Source of the DNA: Lingula anatina
Lineage: Eukaryota; Animalia; Brachiopoda
Direction of reading: 5' to 3'
DNA length: 64,000 nucleotides
NCBI GenBank assembly: GCA_051362555.1
Contig: CM120646.1
Coordinates: forward strand, 16,182,001-16,246,000
The position numbers and the translations under genes were made by a program. Under the pieces are notes generated by a model, which worked only from the letters and a program-made list of their open reading frames with translations, was not told the DNA's origin and ran no database searches. Shown one piece after another: positions 62,827 through 64,000 of the stretch; the stretch's first letter is position 1, and the number at the start of each line of letters is the position of its first letter.

Positions 62827-64000
62827 CTATACGCAAGGGTTCATAAAGAAACTGAACTAATGCCTTCTCTGCAGCTGGGTTTTAAATACTTTCTGAGAGT
62901 CAGGCACACTTTGATTGGTCATGGTAAATTGAGGGGGAATAGTTCTTTGTATAAGATTCATATTTCACAATAAATACACTGTAAATGAAAATATAATAAA
63001 TTCTTTTTAAATGCCAAAAGGATAGTTATGATAATTAGCTTGAAATCTGTGCTTGCCATCAGACCACATGACCTCCTCATTGATGGCTCTGTTATTAATG
63101 ATAATCTGTTTAGAAATTGTTAAAAAAAAAAAAAAAAAAACCTTTGATGTTGGGATGGATTCATTAACTATTGGTGAGAATGTAATTTTTTTTTTTTTTT
63201 TTTTTTTTGCCAAAATGAACACTTGATAGAATGGATCTGTTCAATGAAAAAAATTGGTTAAGATACAAATATCTTATCATAGGACCTGATCTGATAGTGG
63301 TGATTAATTAATGAGGTGTTAACTCCACAAGCTCACAGAAGCCAAAAGGAATTAATAGTAGCCAAATCAATTTGCACTTAATTAAATAAAGAATGTAAGT
63401 CTGACTTACCTGTCAGTGATATAACTACTCACTTGTCACATTTTTATCATTATCTATACCAGCTAGCAGAGATCGTTAACTGGTTATTAATAACTGTAAT
63501 GGTTCACTGGCAATCTGAAGTCCTGGTCTCAGCGTTAAAGAAACATCACTTTTCTTACCTGAAATTTTTTTCACTCTTCACCCATTTCACAACACTAACA
63601 GAAAAATACAGAAAACTTACAGATATGGCAATGGACATGCCCTATGCTATAGAGATCAACAGTTTCAAACTGGTTTATAATAAAATACACTGCAAGTTCC
63701 ACATCCTTTAACTCTTTCGGTTAAGGATATATAAGGATATATATTTATTCCTAATTATAATCCAGAAATTTCATTATTTAACTTAGACTATTAGTCCCCT
63801 CCCTGCTGACAATTCGGAAAAAAAAAAAAAAAAAAAAAAATAAATAAATAAATAAATAAATAAATATATATTATCATGTTGCACACATTATTGTAGCTTT
63901 CTTTGGTTCTGGTTACTTAAGTCAAAGGTTTGCAGTTTAAATTATCTAATTGGACTTTTAAACACGTGCATGATACAAGCAACTGTGTTTTAAAATAGAG

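Overview
This is AT-rich animal genomic DNA with GT-AG introns. The gene and repeat content looks like a lophotrochozoan invertebrate, probably a mollusc (inference). It is not prokaryotic: there are no operons, rRNA, tRNA or CRISPR arrays. Genes reconstructed by hand: (1) an intronless galactose-3-O-sulfotransferase-family gene with a Thr/Ser/Asn-rich insertion (2530-4287,+); (2) a GPI-anchored three-Ig-domain lachesin/IgLON-like gene (7846-21107,-); (3) a multi-exon secreted precursor, mostly missed by the ORF track, with a signal peptide, an RKKR site and a very Trp-rich Spaetzle-like cystine-knot domain (26674-31363,+); (4) a multi-TIL-domain protease-inhibitor gene made of two duplicated exon blocks, each with its own stop exon, sharing one signal-peptide exon (36973-44507,+); (5) an MTERF4-like gene (54717-57195,-). 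Mobile DNA includes a dead DD34E Tc1 transposon, several MITEs, a 27-bp palindromic element with a 7-bp target duplication, and Helentron/DINE-like elements, two of which form a 7-kb repeat mosaic. Near the right end are an orphan histone-type 3' stem-loop and a PHD-finger remnant. All exon models come from reading splice signals and frames by eye, without transcript data.
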